Positions 11,701-26,700 of a DNA stretch of 64,000 nucleotides are shown piece after piece; position 1 is the first letter of the stretch, and each line of letters begins with the position of its first letter. The notes under the pieces were generated by a model. It searched no databases. It was not told where the DNA came from and saw only the letters and a list, made by a program, of their open reading frames with translations. Both the position numbers and the translations under genes were made by a program. The stretch covers positions 8,494,001-8,558,000 of the forward strand of contig NC_091995.1 of assembly GCF_044704955.1 (NCBI RefSeq), given 5' to 3'. The DNA is from Pristiophorus japonicus (Eukaryota).

Positions 11701-14700
11701 TGTGCACTTAAAGTGCCGCAACCTACAGGTCTACGGGCCAAGAGCTGGAAAGTGGGGTTAGGTTGGGTAGCTCTTGGTCGGCCAGCGCGGACATGATGGG
11801 CCGAAATGGTCTCCTTCCTTGCTGTAAATTTCTATGATTCTATGATTCTTCCCAGACTGTAGGAATATATCAATGGACTTTTCAAGTGGTAAATGGAATT
11901 CAATCTGGAGAAGTGTGAGATAATGCATCTGGGGATGGCTACCAAGACAAGGGAATACACAATTAGTGGTAGGATACTGAGAAGTGTAGAGGAGCAGTGA
12001 GACCTTGGAGAACATGTCATAAGGACATAAGAATTTGGCCCCTCGAGCCTGCTCTGCCATTTAATAAGATCATGGCTGATCTGATCATGGACTCTGCTCT
12101 ACTTCCCTGCCCGCTCCCCATAACCCTTTATTCCCTTATCGCTCAAAGAATCTGTCTATCTCGGCCATAAATATATTCAATGACCCAGCCTCCACAGCTC
12201 TCTGGGGCAGAGAATTCCATAGATTTGCAACCCTCTGAGAGAAGAAATTCCTCCTCATCTCAGTTTTAAATGGGCGACCCCTTATTCTGAGACTATATCC
12301 CCTAGTTTTAGTTTCCCCTCAGTGGAAATATCCTCTCTGCATCCACCTTGTTGAGCCCCCTCATTATCTTATATGTTTCGATAAGATCACCTCTCATTCT
12401 TCTGAACTCCAATGAATAAAGGCCCAACCTACTCAACCCCCTCATCATTGGAATCAACCTAGTGAACCTTCTCTGAACAGCCTCCAAGACAAATATATCC
12501 TTCCTTAAATATGGAGACCAAAACTGTACGCAGTACTCTTGGTGTGGCCTCACCAATACCCTGTACAGTTGTAGCAGGACTTCTCTGCTTGTATACTCTA
12601 TCCCCCTTTGCAATAAAGGCCAACGTTCCATTGGCCTTCCTGATCACTTGCTGTACCTGCATACTAACCTTCTTATGTTTCATGCACCAGGACCCCCAGG
12701 TCCCTCTGTACTGCAGCACTTTGCAATTTTTTTCCATTTGAAATATAATTTGTTTTTCTATTTTTTTCTGCCAAAATGGATAACCTCACATTTTCCCACA
12801 TTATACTCCATCTGCCAAATCTTTGCCCACTCACTTAACCTGTCTATGGGCTAGATTTTATACTTTTGTGCATATCGCCCAAAAATGGGCATTATTTGCG
12901 GCATGTGCGGTAAAAATGGGTTTTCAGATCATTGGCTTCTCGCCCATTCTCAAAGCACCTAGTCTCCATTTTTGAAATTGGGCATTACCGCGAGCGAAAT
13001 GAAATGGGCGGTAGCGTTAAATCTCGCTGACCTTCTGCCGTAAAGTTTCACCGTCCTTAGCAACGGTATGGCAACGCTCAGTTCCCACGATTCAGGAGGT
13101 CAAGGGTCATCATGACATGCGCAGAAAAGGAGACAGAGAGAGAGGGAGCTGAGAGGGACTGAAGGTGTATGTGGGTGTGGTGTGTGCTTGTTTGGCTGTT
13201 GTGGGAGGCTCGAGGGAGGTTCACCAGCAGCAAAAAGCCTACTAAGAATAGAGTCGGCACCGAGTTTTTGTCCAACAAATAATATATAACATGGAAGGGA
13301 TGATGGAGGCCCTGGAGCTGGTAGCCAGAAATACTGATGGCAGAGGGCTCCCAGTGGTCCTGGATTGCAGCACTACACCCCCATTGCCAACCACACATGA
13401 GAGTCAGGAGCAGCATCTTGCTTCTGGCTCGGAGCACATTCCCACCTCAGGACTGTCCTCTCCTGTATCCGTCCAGGCAGCAGTTCGGCCGTCATTTCCT
13501 CCCCTCTACACCACCTCCCCCCCCCCCCCCCCCCCCCACCCCCACCCAATGAAGCATCACCTGAGGAGCCCCTTGGTCAGGCGGCTTGGAGTCAGGACGG
13601 GAAGGGGAAGGGATAGAGGTGGGGAGGAGAAGCAGAGGGGGAATGGTTGGTTTTTACAGAAATACTGATGATTTCAGACAACTGTTTGGTTTAAATGTTT
13701 TTTATTTAACAAAACCTTGTTGCGCATTGACACAGATAGCTGCACCTTTACACGCTGGTGATTCCTTAACATCAAAGAGTATAATGACACTTAATTTCAA
13801 TCAACTTAAACTTTAACTGTCACCAAGATGATGCCCACCATTGATGTATGAGCTGCACACCCAGCAGTGTGTCAGCCTTGTAAATAACACCAACGTTCTT
13901 TCAGGCAAAGCGCTCATTAATGAGCTCCTGATGTAAGGCTCTTGGAGCTATCATGCCACCACGGGGCCTTTCATGCGGTCTACAGGGGCCGGGGACATGG
14001 CTTCAGCGTCAGCTTGATTGTCTGGGCCGATGTCAGCGTCCGCCTCCTCGTCCTCCTCTTCCTCTCTCTGGTGAGGTGAACTGTCAGACTCATCAGGCAA
14101 TTCTTGTCCCCCGCTGATAGCCAAGTTGTGCAGCATGGAGCACACCACCACGAATTGAGCTACCTGCTCCGGGTGGTATTGGAGTTTGCCTCTCGAGTGG
14201 TCCAGGCATCTAAAGTGCTGTTTCAGCACTCCAATGGTTTTCTCCACAATATTGCAAGTGGCTCTGTGGCTCTCGTTGTATCGCCTCTCGGCTTCGGTGT
14301 GGGTGTCACGCAGGGGGGCCATCAGCCAGGTGGTGAGGCCATATCCTTTGTCACCAAGCATCCAGCATTGGCTGATTGTTAAACAAGTCAGATACAGTGC
14401 TCTCTCGCAGGATGTGAGCATCACGGATGCTGCCGGAAATTTAGCATTCACTGCCATTATAATTTGCTGGTGGTCGACAACGAGTTGGACATTCAGGGAG
14501 TGGAATCCCTTGCGGTTCTTGAAAACCTCAGCATCCTGAAAAGGTGTCCGCATCTTGGGGAAGTTTGCAATTCTGGAAAATCCTAGAGCCCTCTCACTCT
14601 GCCTCCCTGGTCATAGGGAAGCTGATCAAGTCCCTCCTGTATGCGTACAGGGTTTCAGTGACCTGTCTAATGAAGCAATGTGTGGCATGCTGAGACAGAC

Positions 14701-17700
14701 CGCAAATGTCGCCAGCTATGGCCTGAAAAGAACCCGACATGTAGAACGACAGTGCCGCGATGACTTTGACCTTGATGGACGGTGCAGTACTGATGGTGCT
14801 GGCAGGCTGCAGATCTCCGCTTATGAGCTGGCATACCTCAGTGATAACCTCTTTGTGGAAGCGCAGTCTCCGAAGGCAGGTGGTATCGGGCAAGTCGAGG
14901 TAAGACTGCTTCTCCCTGTACTTGCGGGAGGTGTAACGTCTGGCCCTTCTCATCAGTCTGTCACGTCTTACATTGGGCTCATAATGCTGTGGAGCGTACC
15001 TTCGGCCTTCTCGAGTCTGCAGCATGCAATTGGTCATCAAGAGAGGGTGGGAAAGGACAGGCCCCATTGCAGTAGCTCTCTGTTTTCCACCGATTGGTCA
15101 CAAACAATGAATGTCCCAACGAAGACACCTATTAAGTTCCAATCGCTCACAGTATGGTCAAGATGTTTGTATAGATGTTCATATCAACTCCAACGACCTC
15201 CAGAGAACATCTGAATTTCCTCGAGGTTGAAGCACAGCAGCCTTTTAAAGAATGCGACATGTGATGTAGAACATGGTGTCTATAACGCTGTGATTAGTTT
15301 CGGTTAGTTCCACTTTTTCTGGACGTTTTTTGGGGCGAGTGATATTGTGGGCGATATGTGTGAGGTGGTGAAAGTGACGCTGGGCGATCTCATGGCCGTT
15401 AGTTTCGGCAAATATGATCTTTACGACAAAAAAAGTGGACGGGCGGTATTATTGAATCTTGCCGTTAATTCCGTGCGGAAAGTAACGCTGGCCGATATTT
15501 TGGGTGTTGATTTCGCCCATTCTGATGATTTCGCACAAAAAAAGTGGGCGGGCGGTATTATTTTTTTCCGGCATTACACACATAGGGAAAGTAATGCTCG
15601 GTGATATTTTTCCAAAAAATGCCTGTCAGTTTCCATTTTGTAGCTAAATGGGCGATAAATGGGCATTATACGTCATTTTAGCGGTAAAATGGATGTTAAA
15701 TGAGTGTTAAGCATGCAAAAAAAAGTGGAAAATCTAACCCCATATCCCTTTGTAGATTTTTTGTGACCTCACAATTTGATTTGCCACCCATCTTTGTATC
15801 ATCAGCAAACTTGGCTACATAACTCTCTGTCCCTTCATTCAAGTCATTAATATAGATTGTAAATAGTTGAGGCCCCAGCACCAATCCCTACGGCACCCCA
15901 CTAGTTATTGTTTGCCAACTGGAAAATGACCCATTTATCCCGACTTTCTGTTTTGTGTTAGTTAACCAATCCTATATCCATGCTAATATATTACCCCCAA
16001 CCCCGTGAACTTTTATCTTGTGCAGTAACCTTTTATGTGGCACCTTATCGAATGCCTCCTGGACATCCAAATACACCACATCCACTGGTTACCCCTTATC
16101 CACCCTACTCGTTACATCCTGAAAGAACTCCAACAAATTTTTCAAACATGATTTCCCTTTCATAAAACTATGCTAGCTCTGCTTGATTGAATTATGCTTT
16201 CCAAATATCCTGCTACTGCTTCCTTAATAATGGACTCCAGCATTTTTCCCAGGGACCGAAGTTAAGCTAACTGGTCTATAGTTCCCTGCTTTCTGTCTGC
16301 CTCCTTTTTTAAATAGAGGCGTTACATTTGCGGTTTTCCAATCTGCTGGGACCTCTCCAGAATCCAGGGAATTTTGGTAGGTTACAACCAATGCATCTAC
16401 TATCCACTATGTCTGAGGCCACTTCCTTTAAGACCCGAGGATGAAAGCCATCAGGTCCAGGGGACTTGTCCGCCTTTAGTCTCATTATTTTACTGAGTAC
16501 TACTTCTTTAGTGATAGTGATTGTATTAAGTTCCTGCCTCCTTATAGCCCTCTCTATGTTCACAAATCCCTGAAGGTAGCAGAACAGGTACATAAGGTGG
16601 CTAAGAAGACATGCAGGATACTTTCCTTTATAAGCCGAGGCATAGAATACAAGAGCAGGGGGGTTATGTTTGAACTATATAAAACACTAGTTAGGCCACA
16701 GTTCTGGTTCCCACATTATAGGAAGGATGCGTTTGCACTAATGAGGGTACAGAGGAGATTTATGAGGATGTTTCCTGGACAGGAGAATTTCAGGTATGAG
16801 GAAAGATTGGATAGGCTGGGGTTGTTTTGTTTGGAACAGAGGAGAATGACGGGAGATTTAATTGAGGTGCATAAAATTATGAGGGGCCTGGATAGAATGG
16901 ATAGGAAGGATGTAATTCCCTTAGCAGAAAGGTTATTGATTAAGTAATTGGTAGAAGGATTAGAGGGGAGTTGAGAACTTTTTTCACCCAGATGGTGGTG
17001 GGGGTCTGGAACTCACTGCTTGAAAGGGTGATAGAGGCAGGAAACTCCCATCGTATTTAAAAAGTACTTTGATATGGACTTGAAGTGCCGTAACCTACAA
17101 GGCTATGGACCAAGAGCTGGAAAGTGGGATTAGGCTGGATAGCTTTTTCAGCCGACACAGACACCGGGGGCCAAATGCCCTCCTGTGGTGTCAATTTCTA
17201 TGATAGTAAGATTAATGTTCAGAATGCCCTTTTATTACCCCTACCTATTTATATACACTGTATATAGTGAGACAATGATCTGTCACATTTAGGCAATTAT
17301 TCCAAATTTATTTTCCAGATTCATGATTATTGGAAGAATTAGTAACACTAAAAATGGAATTTTATTTGTTTCCCTTAAATTACCTCCATTAAGATTAAAT
17401 CCTTTGCGACAGTAATATCGCTGATGTTGTTTAAAATGTTATATTTTACCAGAGAGATTCCGTGTGCTTGTAGCAGACGATCCCATCAGAGTCACTGTAG
17501 GTGAAGATATTGTATTAGAATGCCAACTGGTACCAGATATATCGCTGGATAACCTGGAGATTCGATGGTTTACATCAGACTCGGCTTCGCCAGTACATTT
17601 ATACACCGGTGGACAGGATCGACCTGATGTGCAGGACAAAGCTTATCAAGGGAGGACGGAACTATTTAAAGAGGAGTTTCCCTGTGGAAATGCCTCTCTC

Positions 17701-20700
17701 AAACTGCAGAAGGTAAAAGCATCAGATGAAGGGAGCTACACGTGTTTCATTGACTCCGAAACATACCATGCGGAAGCAGTGATAGATCTACAAGTTGGAG
17801 GTTAGTCCCTCGAGTTGGAAACTACTAATGGGTGCTGGGTATAAGACACAATATTCAAGTTCCAGTATTTTTTAAATCATGATTGACAATTAGCAAGCTC
17901 CATGTTATTTGAAAATTAAAACTACAAACAATTTACTGGAAAATTCAAGATTTTTGCTAATAATTCAAACTGCTATTTTTGGCACAGACTGGAAATATAT
18001 ACCAATTAAAATAAGGTCATGTCCCCGAGTGTACAGACAAGACAGGGAAGTGGAAGGTGTAATTGGACTCCACTCACCCAGGAATCGGCCTGGAATTTGA
18101 TCCAGTCAGTGGTAGTCGGGCCGCAGGCAGGCAGTGATGATATTAAGCTCTGCTCGACTATACAGAGATACCAAAGTATAGCGGTACTGCAGGCATAATC
18201 CTTCATAGTTCAGACAACACAGCGCTAATACTCCTGAGTTCAGACAATGCCAGGCCTATACAGCAATTCACTTGTGAGCTCATTCAAGTCTGTAACCCCA
18301 TGAACTGGCATGATGTCACCACTGGAAACCTTTTATCCATGTGTATAGAAAGATGTCATCAGAGGGCATGTACAGAAGGGTAACATCATCGGCCGACTGA
18401 AAACAGGATGTATTCATGGACCTTGAATGGCATTTCTGAGGCATCTCTGCCTCTTTTTGGAAACAATGCAAAATTCCATTGGAAAGGGGGAAGGTGCTTT
18501 GTGTGTCCACAACTTACTGGTGCTAACTTTGAAGAGGTGATGCCAGAAATCCCTGTACTTGTGTGGCCCACAATGCCGGTTTCCTATCAGTATTTGATTG
18601 TGGACAATCAACAAAGTGGGAAATTGCCCAGATATGTCCTGTCCTCAAAAAGCAGGACAAGTCCAACCCGGCCAGTTTCTACCCTATCAGCTTACTTCCA
18701 ATCATCAGTAAACTGATGGAAGGAGTCCTCAACATGAATTCTACAGGTGAGATGTGAGTACCCTTGATAGAAGGCAGCATTCAGCCGAGTGTGGCACCAA
18801 GGAGCCCGAGTAAAACTGAAGTCAATGCAGATAAGCTGGAAACTTTCCTGTGACTGGAGTCATAGATGGTGAGGGACGGAGCTTTTGAAGGACTGTGCAT
18901 GGTAAAAGGAAATGATTGGCAGAAAACGCAAAATCGTCAGTTGCAGAGGGTATCAGAAGAGTCACAGATATAGGTAGGTACAGACTGGACAAGAGTTAAG
19001 GTCAGAGGATATTAGTCTAGTGGGACAGCAGTAAGTAGAATCTACCAAGTCAGTCCTATTTGTGAATATTGGGGAGGAATTGGAAATTGGCTGTGGGTTG
19101 GGGAACAATAAGATTGGAAGCATGGGGTTGGGGGAGGGTTGATTTTGCTCACATTGGGAGATTATGATTTGATGTTTGGTCATGGGGTCATGGTGTGTAG
19201 TTAGATGGGAGTCATCGTCAGAAAATTAATGTTTAGCCTCAGCCTGTCTGAGGCCCTTCCGCCATATAACGTCAGTGCCCTCTTTCCTGGTGTGTTTGGT
19301 ATCTGGAATGGAACAAAAAGCTACAAGTGGAGAGGGAAATAAATTAAAGAAACAGAAACTGTTGATGTCACAGCGTAGTTGTTGATGAAGAGATTGAGTG
19401 AAGGCGGGATGAAGGAGTTTAGAATGCTGGAGACGGGAAAAGTGGTCTGATTCAGATTCACAAGCAGACCCCTGCTGGCTGAGAAAGAAGGCACAGAAAT
19501 GGTGGTCACATCATGCTGTCAATCCGATATTGCCTGTTTATACTATTGGCGAAAGTTAAAATGACCCCACCGATTTTAATACTTGGGTCACTCAATGGAG
19601 GAATAGGTCATCCTATATTAACAATTTAACAGACAAAAATGATTATAGATTGTTGCAATTAGACATTTAACAATAAAAATGAGTATTATTTTTTATTACT
19701 GATTAAATCCTAATTGTAGGGTTTGGACATCGACCTTGGATTCACCTGGAGGAAAACAACAAACAAGGAGTTCGTGTTGTGTGTAAATCAGATGGATGGT
19801 ATCCTGAACCACAGATATGGTGGGTGGATGGAAATGGACAAGAAATGACAGAATGGTCTGAAACAGAATTCATAAAGGACTCCAAAGGCCTTATTGCTGT
19901 CCAGAGTCACATTGATGTCACAAGTGATTCTGTAAACAAGTTTTCATGTTTCATACAAAACCGGTTCTTGCGCAAACAACGAGAGGCCCATATCCAGATA
20001 TCAGGTATGTGAGAGCTGAGAAATCATTTCATTAAAAAAAAAACGAACTTTATTTCTCTCCTGAAGGCACGAACTCAGACTGGGTGTGGATCTACGAGCA
20101 TTGGTTCTCCTGTGGAACATGTCCAAGGGTCAGTTTTTCATACTTGAACCTAGAAAGTTGACAAGCTTGTGGATTATCTGCGGCACAGCAGTTGAGCCTG
20201 ATCAGACCTCACCCAATGTCCATTTGTCTATATTCCAACAGTGGTCACTGGATAGAGATTAGGAGCAAGAACACTTATATTTCCTGCATTTTCTGTTTTT
20301 ATTTCAGATTTTAAGCATCCGCATTATTTTACTTTTAAATTAATATAACTCTTTTTTATCATATTATTTAACAATGTAATGAAGTTCTCATAGAGAAAAT
20401 TACATAGGAACATAAAAACATAAGAAATAGGAGCAGGAGTAGGCCATACGGCCCCTCGAGCCTGCTTCACCGTTTAATGCGATCGGGTCCACTTCCCTGC
20501 CTGCTCTCCATAACCCCTTATTCCCTTATCGGTTAAGAAACTTAAATTTATTCAATGTCCCAGCTTCCACAGCTCTCTGAGGCAGCGAATTCCTCAGATT
20601 TACAACCCTCTGAGAGAAAAAATTCCTCCTCATCTCAGTTTTAAATGGGCGGCCCCTTATTCTAAGATTATACCCCCTAGTTCTTGTCTCCCATATCAGT

Positions 20701-23700
20701 GGAAACATCCTCTCTGCATCCACCTTGTCAAGCCCCCTCAATCTTATATGTTTCGATAAGATCACCTCTCATTCTGCTGAATTCCAATGAGTAGAGGCCC
20801 AACCTACTCAACCTTTCCTTATAAGTCAACGGCCTCATCTCCGGAATCAACCTAGTGAACCTTCGCTGAATTGCCTTCAAAGCAAGTGTATCCTTTTGTA
20901 AATATGGAAACCAAAACTGCACGCAGTATTCCAGGTGTGGCCTCACCAATACCTTATATAGCTGTAGGAAGACTTCCCTGCTTTTATACTCCATCCCCTT
21001 TGCGATAAAGGCCAAGATTCAATTGGCCCTGATCACTTGCTGTACCTGCATACTAAACTTTTGTGTTTCATGCACCAGAACCACCAGGTCCCGCTGTACT
21101 GTGGCACTTTGCAATTATTTTCCATTTAAATAATAACTTGCTCTTCGATTTTTTTTTCTGCCAAAGTGCATAGCCTCACACATTCCAACATTATACTCCA
21201 TCGGCCAAATTTTTGCCCACTCACTTAGCCTGTCTATGTCCTTTTGCAGATTTTTTGTGTCCTCCTCACACATTGCTTTTCCTCCCATCATTGTATCGTC
21301 AGAAAACTTGACTACGTTACACTCAGTCCCTTCTTCCAAGTCGTTAATATAGGTTGTAAATAGTTGTAAACAGCACTGATCCCTGAGGCACTAGTTACTG
21401 ATTGCCAACCCAAGAATGAACCATTTATCCCGACTCTCTGTTTTCTGTTAGTTAGCCAATCCTCTATCCATGCTAGTATATTACCCCCAACCCCGTGAAC
21501 TTTTATCTTGTGCAGTAACATTTTATGTGGCGCCTTGTCAAATGCCTTCTGGAAATCCAAATACACCACATCCACTGGTTCCCCTTTATCCACCCTGTTC
21601 GTTACATCGTCAAAGAATTCCAGCAAATTTGTGAAACATGACCTCCCCTTCATAAATCCATGCTGACTCTGCCTGACTGAATGTTGCTTTTCCAAATGTC
21701 CTGCTCCTGCTTCTTTAATTATGGACTCCAACATTTCCCAACCACAGATGTTAGGCTAACTGGTCTATAGTTTCCTGCTTTTTGCTTGCCTCCTTTTTTA
21801 AATAGGGGCATTACATTTACAGTTTTCCAACCTGCTGGGACTGTCCCAGAATCCAGGGAATTTTGGTAAATTACAAACTATGCATCCACTAATCCTGCTG
21901 CTACTTCTCTTAAGACCCGAGGATGCAAGCCGTCAGGTCTCGGCGATTTATCTTCCTGAGTACCACCTCCTTTGTGATTGTGTAAGTTCCTCCCCCCTAG
22001 CCCCTTGACTATCTACTGTTGGGATATTTTTAGTGTCCTCTACCATAAAGACTGATATTAACTAGATATTTGTTCAGAGTTTCTGCCATCTCCATGTTCC
22101 CCATCACTAATTCCCCGGTCTCGTCCTCTAATGGATCAACATTTACTTTAGCCACTCTTTTCCTTTTTATATAACTGTAGAAACTCTTGCTATCTGTTTT
22201 TATATTTCATGCTAGTTTACTTTCTTAGTCTATCTTCCCTTTCTTAATCATTTTTTAGTTGTTCTTTGCTGGCTTTTAAAAGCTTCCCAATCTTCTGTCC
22301 TCCTACTAGTTTTGGCCACTTTGCATGCCCTTGTTTTTAATTGGATACCATCCTTTATTTCTTTAGTTAGCCACAGATGGCTATCTTTTCTTTTACAGTC
22401 TTTCCTCCTCACTGGAATATATTTTTCTTTAGAGTTATGAAATATCTCCTTAAATATACACCACTGTTCATCAACCGTCCTACACTTTAATCTATTTTCC
22501 CAGTCCACTTTAGGCAACTCTGCCCTCATAGCTTTGTAGTTTCCTTTATTTAAGCTTAGTACGCTGGTTTGAGATCCAACATTCTCGCCCTCCATCTGAA
22601 TTTAAAATACAACCGTGCTATGGTCATTCATTCCAAGGGGATCTTTTACTAGGAGATTGTTTATTAATCCTACATTATCCTACAAAGGATATGCAAGCGT
22701 TGCAGGATTCTCCAGTTATATAATTTCATTGTTCTATTGTGTAGGAGTCTGTACAATCCACTTAGTTCATATGTTTATACCTTTTTTTGGTGGAAATTGC
22801 CCCCTTTAAGGCCCATTACTGCCTCAAATAGGGTAGTAAGGCCTTTCGGCCCGGGGGCAGGCGGCGGGGCCAACCCATTCGGAATTGTCCCCGAGCCGGG
22901 GGCGGTGGGAACGGGTTTCTGCCATGCCCCGTGTTTCCGCCCCGCCCGGAATGCTGACCCCTTACCGACCAGCGACGGCTCGTTTTCTGCCCCGCGGGGG
23001 AATTTGCCTCGCAGGTTCGTGCTACTGACAGCTTCAAGAGTCGGGAAACTGCCAGTGGCTGGGTGGTGCAGCCGCCCATGAAGGGGAGGGCGCAACGCCG
23101 CGACCGCCATTTTGTTTTAATTGTCGGCCGTTGGTTCGGCCGAGCTGCCAACAGGCAGTCCGGCACCCGCTCTTTGGTCCCGGGCCGCTGGTCCAGCCGA
23201 ACACCTTCCTGGTGGCCCAGTGGGCTCCACAACGGCCCTTCCCTTTAAGTGAAGGGGACGAATGTTGTGACACAGCACTTCCACGTCGCGCTGACGTCAT
23301 CACCACCGCGCTGACATGGTCAGTGCAGCCGTGATGGACATCGCTCCGCTCCGTCACAAACCTGCCCCTATACCGCCTCAAACAGCGCTCAAACGCTGAG
23401 AGGTGGTGTCAGAGTTAAAGAGACGAATTTTCCGGCTCTTCCCTCTGACTCCCGCCGGGATTTCCAGTTAATTCAAAGTGCCCTCCCCAATTTCCCGCTG
23501 AGGGCAATTTCGGCCCCTTTACGGTTTTTACTGCACTTTTAGGGTTAATATCAGTCTTATCGTCTGTAAGGTTTGGTTCCTGTCCATTCCGTTTTCCTTT
23601 TGACCCATCATTAGGTGCAGTGCCTTCAGCCACCTAGGGCCCATTTCTGGAATTCCCTCTCCAAACCCTTCTACCTCTCCACCTCCATCTTCTCATTTTC

Positions 23701-26700
23701 AGATCCTCCTTAAAACTCAAAACTCACAAATGTGACAAAGCTTTTGGTCACCTTTCCTCATTTAACTAGTTTGTCCTCACACCACACGCATTAAGAGAGA
23801 AATAGTGTTAATATAGTGCCTTGGAAAGTATTTCTCTTGTTAAAGGCACTACATTAATACAATGTTTCTCTCTCCACAGAAGCTACCTGACCTGCTGAGT
23901 ATTTACAGCATTTTCTGTTTTTATTTCAGATTTCAAGCATCCGCAGTATTTTATATTTATAATAATGTAAGTCTTTGTTATCACTGATGTTATTTACCAA
24001 TATAATTCGGATGGAAGTCAGCACCAGAGATTGCTGCTGAGGATTGATGAAGACCTATGAATAATATTTGGAATGAGAACCTAGTGATGGTTGTACAGTA
24101 TTGGGCTCCTCAAATCCGATACTGATTCTGTTTTTTTTTTACCTTAGATGAGTTTTTCCCTAAAGTCAACGTCTGGCTGGTAATTTTCTGGGTGTTTGCA
24201 GGCCTTGTGATTACGGCTGTTGCTGCTGATATAATGGTCCACAGAAAAGAAGATAAAAAGATTAAAGGTAGGAGCACAAATAATAGTTCAACAAGGGGAT
24301 AAGGGTTTATGGGGAGCGGGCGGAGAAGTGGAGGTGAGTCCATGATCCGATCAGCCAAATGGCGGAGCAGGCTCGAGGGGCCATATGGCCTACTCCTGCT
24401 CCTATTTCTTATGTTCTTAAGTTCGAACATTATTGTGTTAAGAAGTCTATAAAACTTTAAATTTATGTATGTGAATTGAGTTTGAAATCTGTAGTCACAT
24501 TGCAGAGGTATAATAACAATAGAATTATAATTGTAGGAGACTGTAATCATCCAAAAATAAGACCGAGATATGAAAACAATTGGTGAAAAAGTAGAAGTTT
24601 ATTTCAGGGTGTTCAGGAATGATTTCTTAATCAATATGCTGTAATTCCTTGGCACGATATAACTGGCTTTAGTATAGGAAAAGAAAAGTTGACTAAAAAA
24701 ATGCAATTTGTAATAATGTAAAAGGGACCTTGCCCAGATTGCAATGAAAAACAATTGTTAACTTGAACTGTTGGTCAGCATTGGGAAATATTTAAACTGT
24801 GGGTGGGAAGGATATAAATTAATTACATTTCAGTGAGGGTAATCTGTCAAAGCCTGAATGGAGGAATAAGACTGTTGGACTTTGAGCCATTTACTGCCCA
24901 TCCTTATCCGCAATCAAACTGCCCTTCTGTTTGGGGAACTGGATGGTGATCAATGAAGGTGCCCGGACAAATATTTACCTCTCCCTGGCAAAGCTGAACT
25001 CACTGAATCATGAACCATTTGAAATCGGGAGAGTTACACATTTTTAATTTTGGCAGCTAACACGCCCATTATTTACAGCTTTCAGTGGTTAAGTAATGAC
25101 ATCACTTTACATTATCAGAGTCTCAGGAAAGGTTGCTGGTAAATTTGTCCCCCGCCCCAGACATGTACTGGATGCTATTGTAATCGTGCTACATTACAAT
25201 CACATACACACACAGCTAATCTATAACCTGCTGACACATCTACTTTGTGGACAGATACTGTAATGCAGTCTAGCTGTGATCCCCTCTTCTCTCATTGAAA
25301 CAACAGCAACTTGTATTTATATAGCACCTTTTAATTTAGCAAAACATCCCGAGGCGCTTCGCAGGAATGTTATGAACCAAAATTTGACAACAAGCCACAT
25401 ATTAGGACAGGTGAAGGGAGAGGTTTTAAGGAGTGTGTTAAAGAAGGAGAGGCTCAGGGAGGTAATTCCAGAGCCTAGGGCCCAGATAGCAGAAGACATA
25501 GTCACCAGTGGTGGAGCGATTAAAGTTGGGAATGCCCAAGAGGTGGAGGAGCACAGAGATCTCAAAGGGTTATTTATAGGGCTGGAAGAGGTTACGGAGA
25601 TAGGGAGAGGCGAGGCCATGGAGATATTTGAAAACAAAGATGAGAATTTTAAAATCAAGGTATGGCTGGACCGCGAGCCAGAACAGGGTGGTGGATGAAT
25701 GAGAGTTAGTGCGAGTTAGGGTATGGGCAGCAGAGTTTTGGATGAGTTCAAGTTTATGGAAGGAGGAAGACTGGAGGGTCACAGGGGAGCATTAGAAGAG
25801 TCAAGTCTCGAGGTAATGGGCCCAAGTTTCCACAAGAAACAAAACGGGGGCCCCTCCGAGCTGGGCGCCCGTTTTTCGCGCCTAAAACGGCGCCTAAAAA
25901 AATCCTCGGTATTCTCCACCTACTTATAGGTCCTCTGGCCCTCGGCGCAGCCAACACGAGCTGTGGGGGGGGGCGGAGCCAGGTCCCGGCACTGAAAACA
26001 GTGCCGGGACCTCTGCACATACGCGCTACAGTCGGCATGCAAGTGCAGTAGCTCCAGGCGCCGAACTGTGTGGGAGGGGCCCGAAGCACGCAGCCCCTAG
26101 CCCTGGCCCAATGGCCTCACTGGGGCTGCGTGAATAAGGCTCCTCCCATGGCCAGCTCCTGCTTCCTGCCGNNNNNNNNNNNNNNNNNNNNNNNNNNNNN
26201 NNNNNNNNNNNNNNNNNNNNNNNNNNNNNNNNNNNNNNNNNNNNNNNNNNNNNNNNNNNNNNNNNNNNNNNNNNNNNNNNNNNNNNNNNNNNNNNNNNNN
26301 NNNNNNNNNNNNNNNNNNNNNNNNNNNNNNNNNNNNNNNNNNNNNNNNNNNNNNNNNNNNNNNNNNNNNNNNNNNNNNNNNNNNNNNNNNNNNNNNNNNN
26401 NNNNNNNNNNNNNNNNNNNNNNNNNNNNNNNNNNNNNNNNNNNNNNNNNNNNNNNNNNNNNNNNNNNNNNNNNNNNNNNNNNNNNNNNNNNNNNNNNNNN
26501 NNNNNNNNNNNNNNNNNNNNNNNNNNNNNNNNNNNNNNNNNNNNNNNNNNNNNNNNNNNNNNNNNNNNNNNNNNNNNNNNNNNNNNNNNNNNNNNNNNNN
26601 NNNNNNNNNNNNNNNNNNNNNNNNNACAGCTGCAGAATTCTTCCTGGCTGAAGCACTTTCACACAGGTAGGAAGATGGTTTATTTAATATTTTCTTGGCT

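Larger units (their letters stand above)
12017..16550 (-). mobile_element. CR1 LINE split by a Harbinger element (12017-12847 and 15741-16550)
   Basis: Minus-strand RT fragments; the sequence ...CCTGTCTAT|ATCCCTTTG... is continuous across the insertion. Confidence 0.9.

Noticed and set aside
13951-15067. Host HARBI1 gene
   Set aside because: Bounded by TIRs and a TSD, nested in a CR1, frameshifted and missing a catalytic motif, so it is a transposon relic.
17990-18590. Possible extra exon or second gene between IgV and IgC
   Set aside because: Short broken ORFs with no recognisable domain or convincing splice pair; probably an old TE fragment.
22737-23633. CpG-island promoter or overlapping ORFs in the intron
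   Set aside because: Coincides with a TIR-bounded GC-rich MITE; the ORFs reflect stop-codon scarcity.
23862-23952. Hammerhead ribozyme in Penelope-like end fragments (also ~20280-20330, ~50437-50470)
   Set aside because: Only the CCTGACCTGCTGAGT...CAGCATTTTCTG part is present; no CTGANGA...GAAA core is visible.
26070-26662. ORFs of 181-193 aa
   Set aside because: Artefacts of the N gap.
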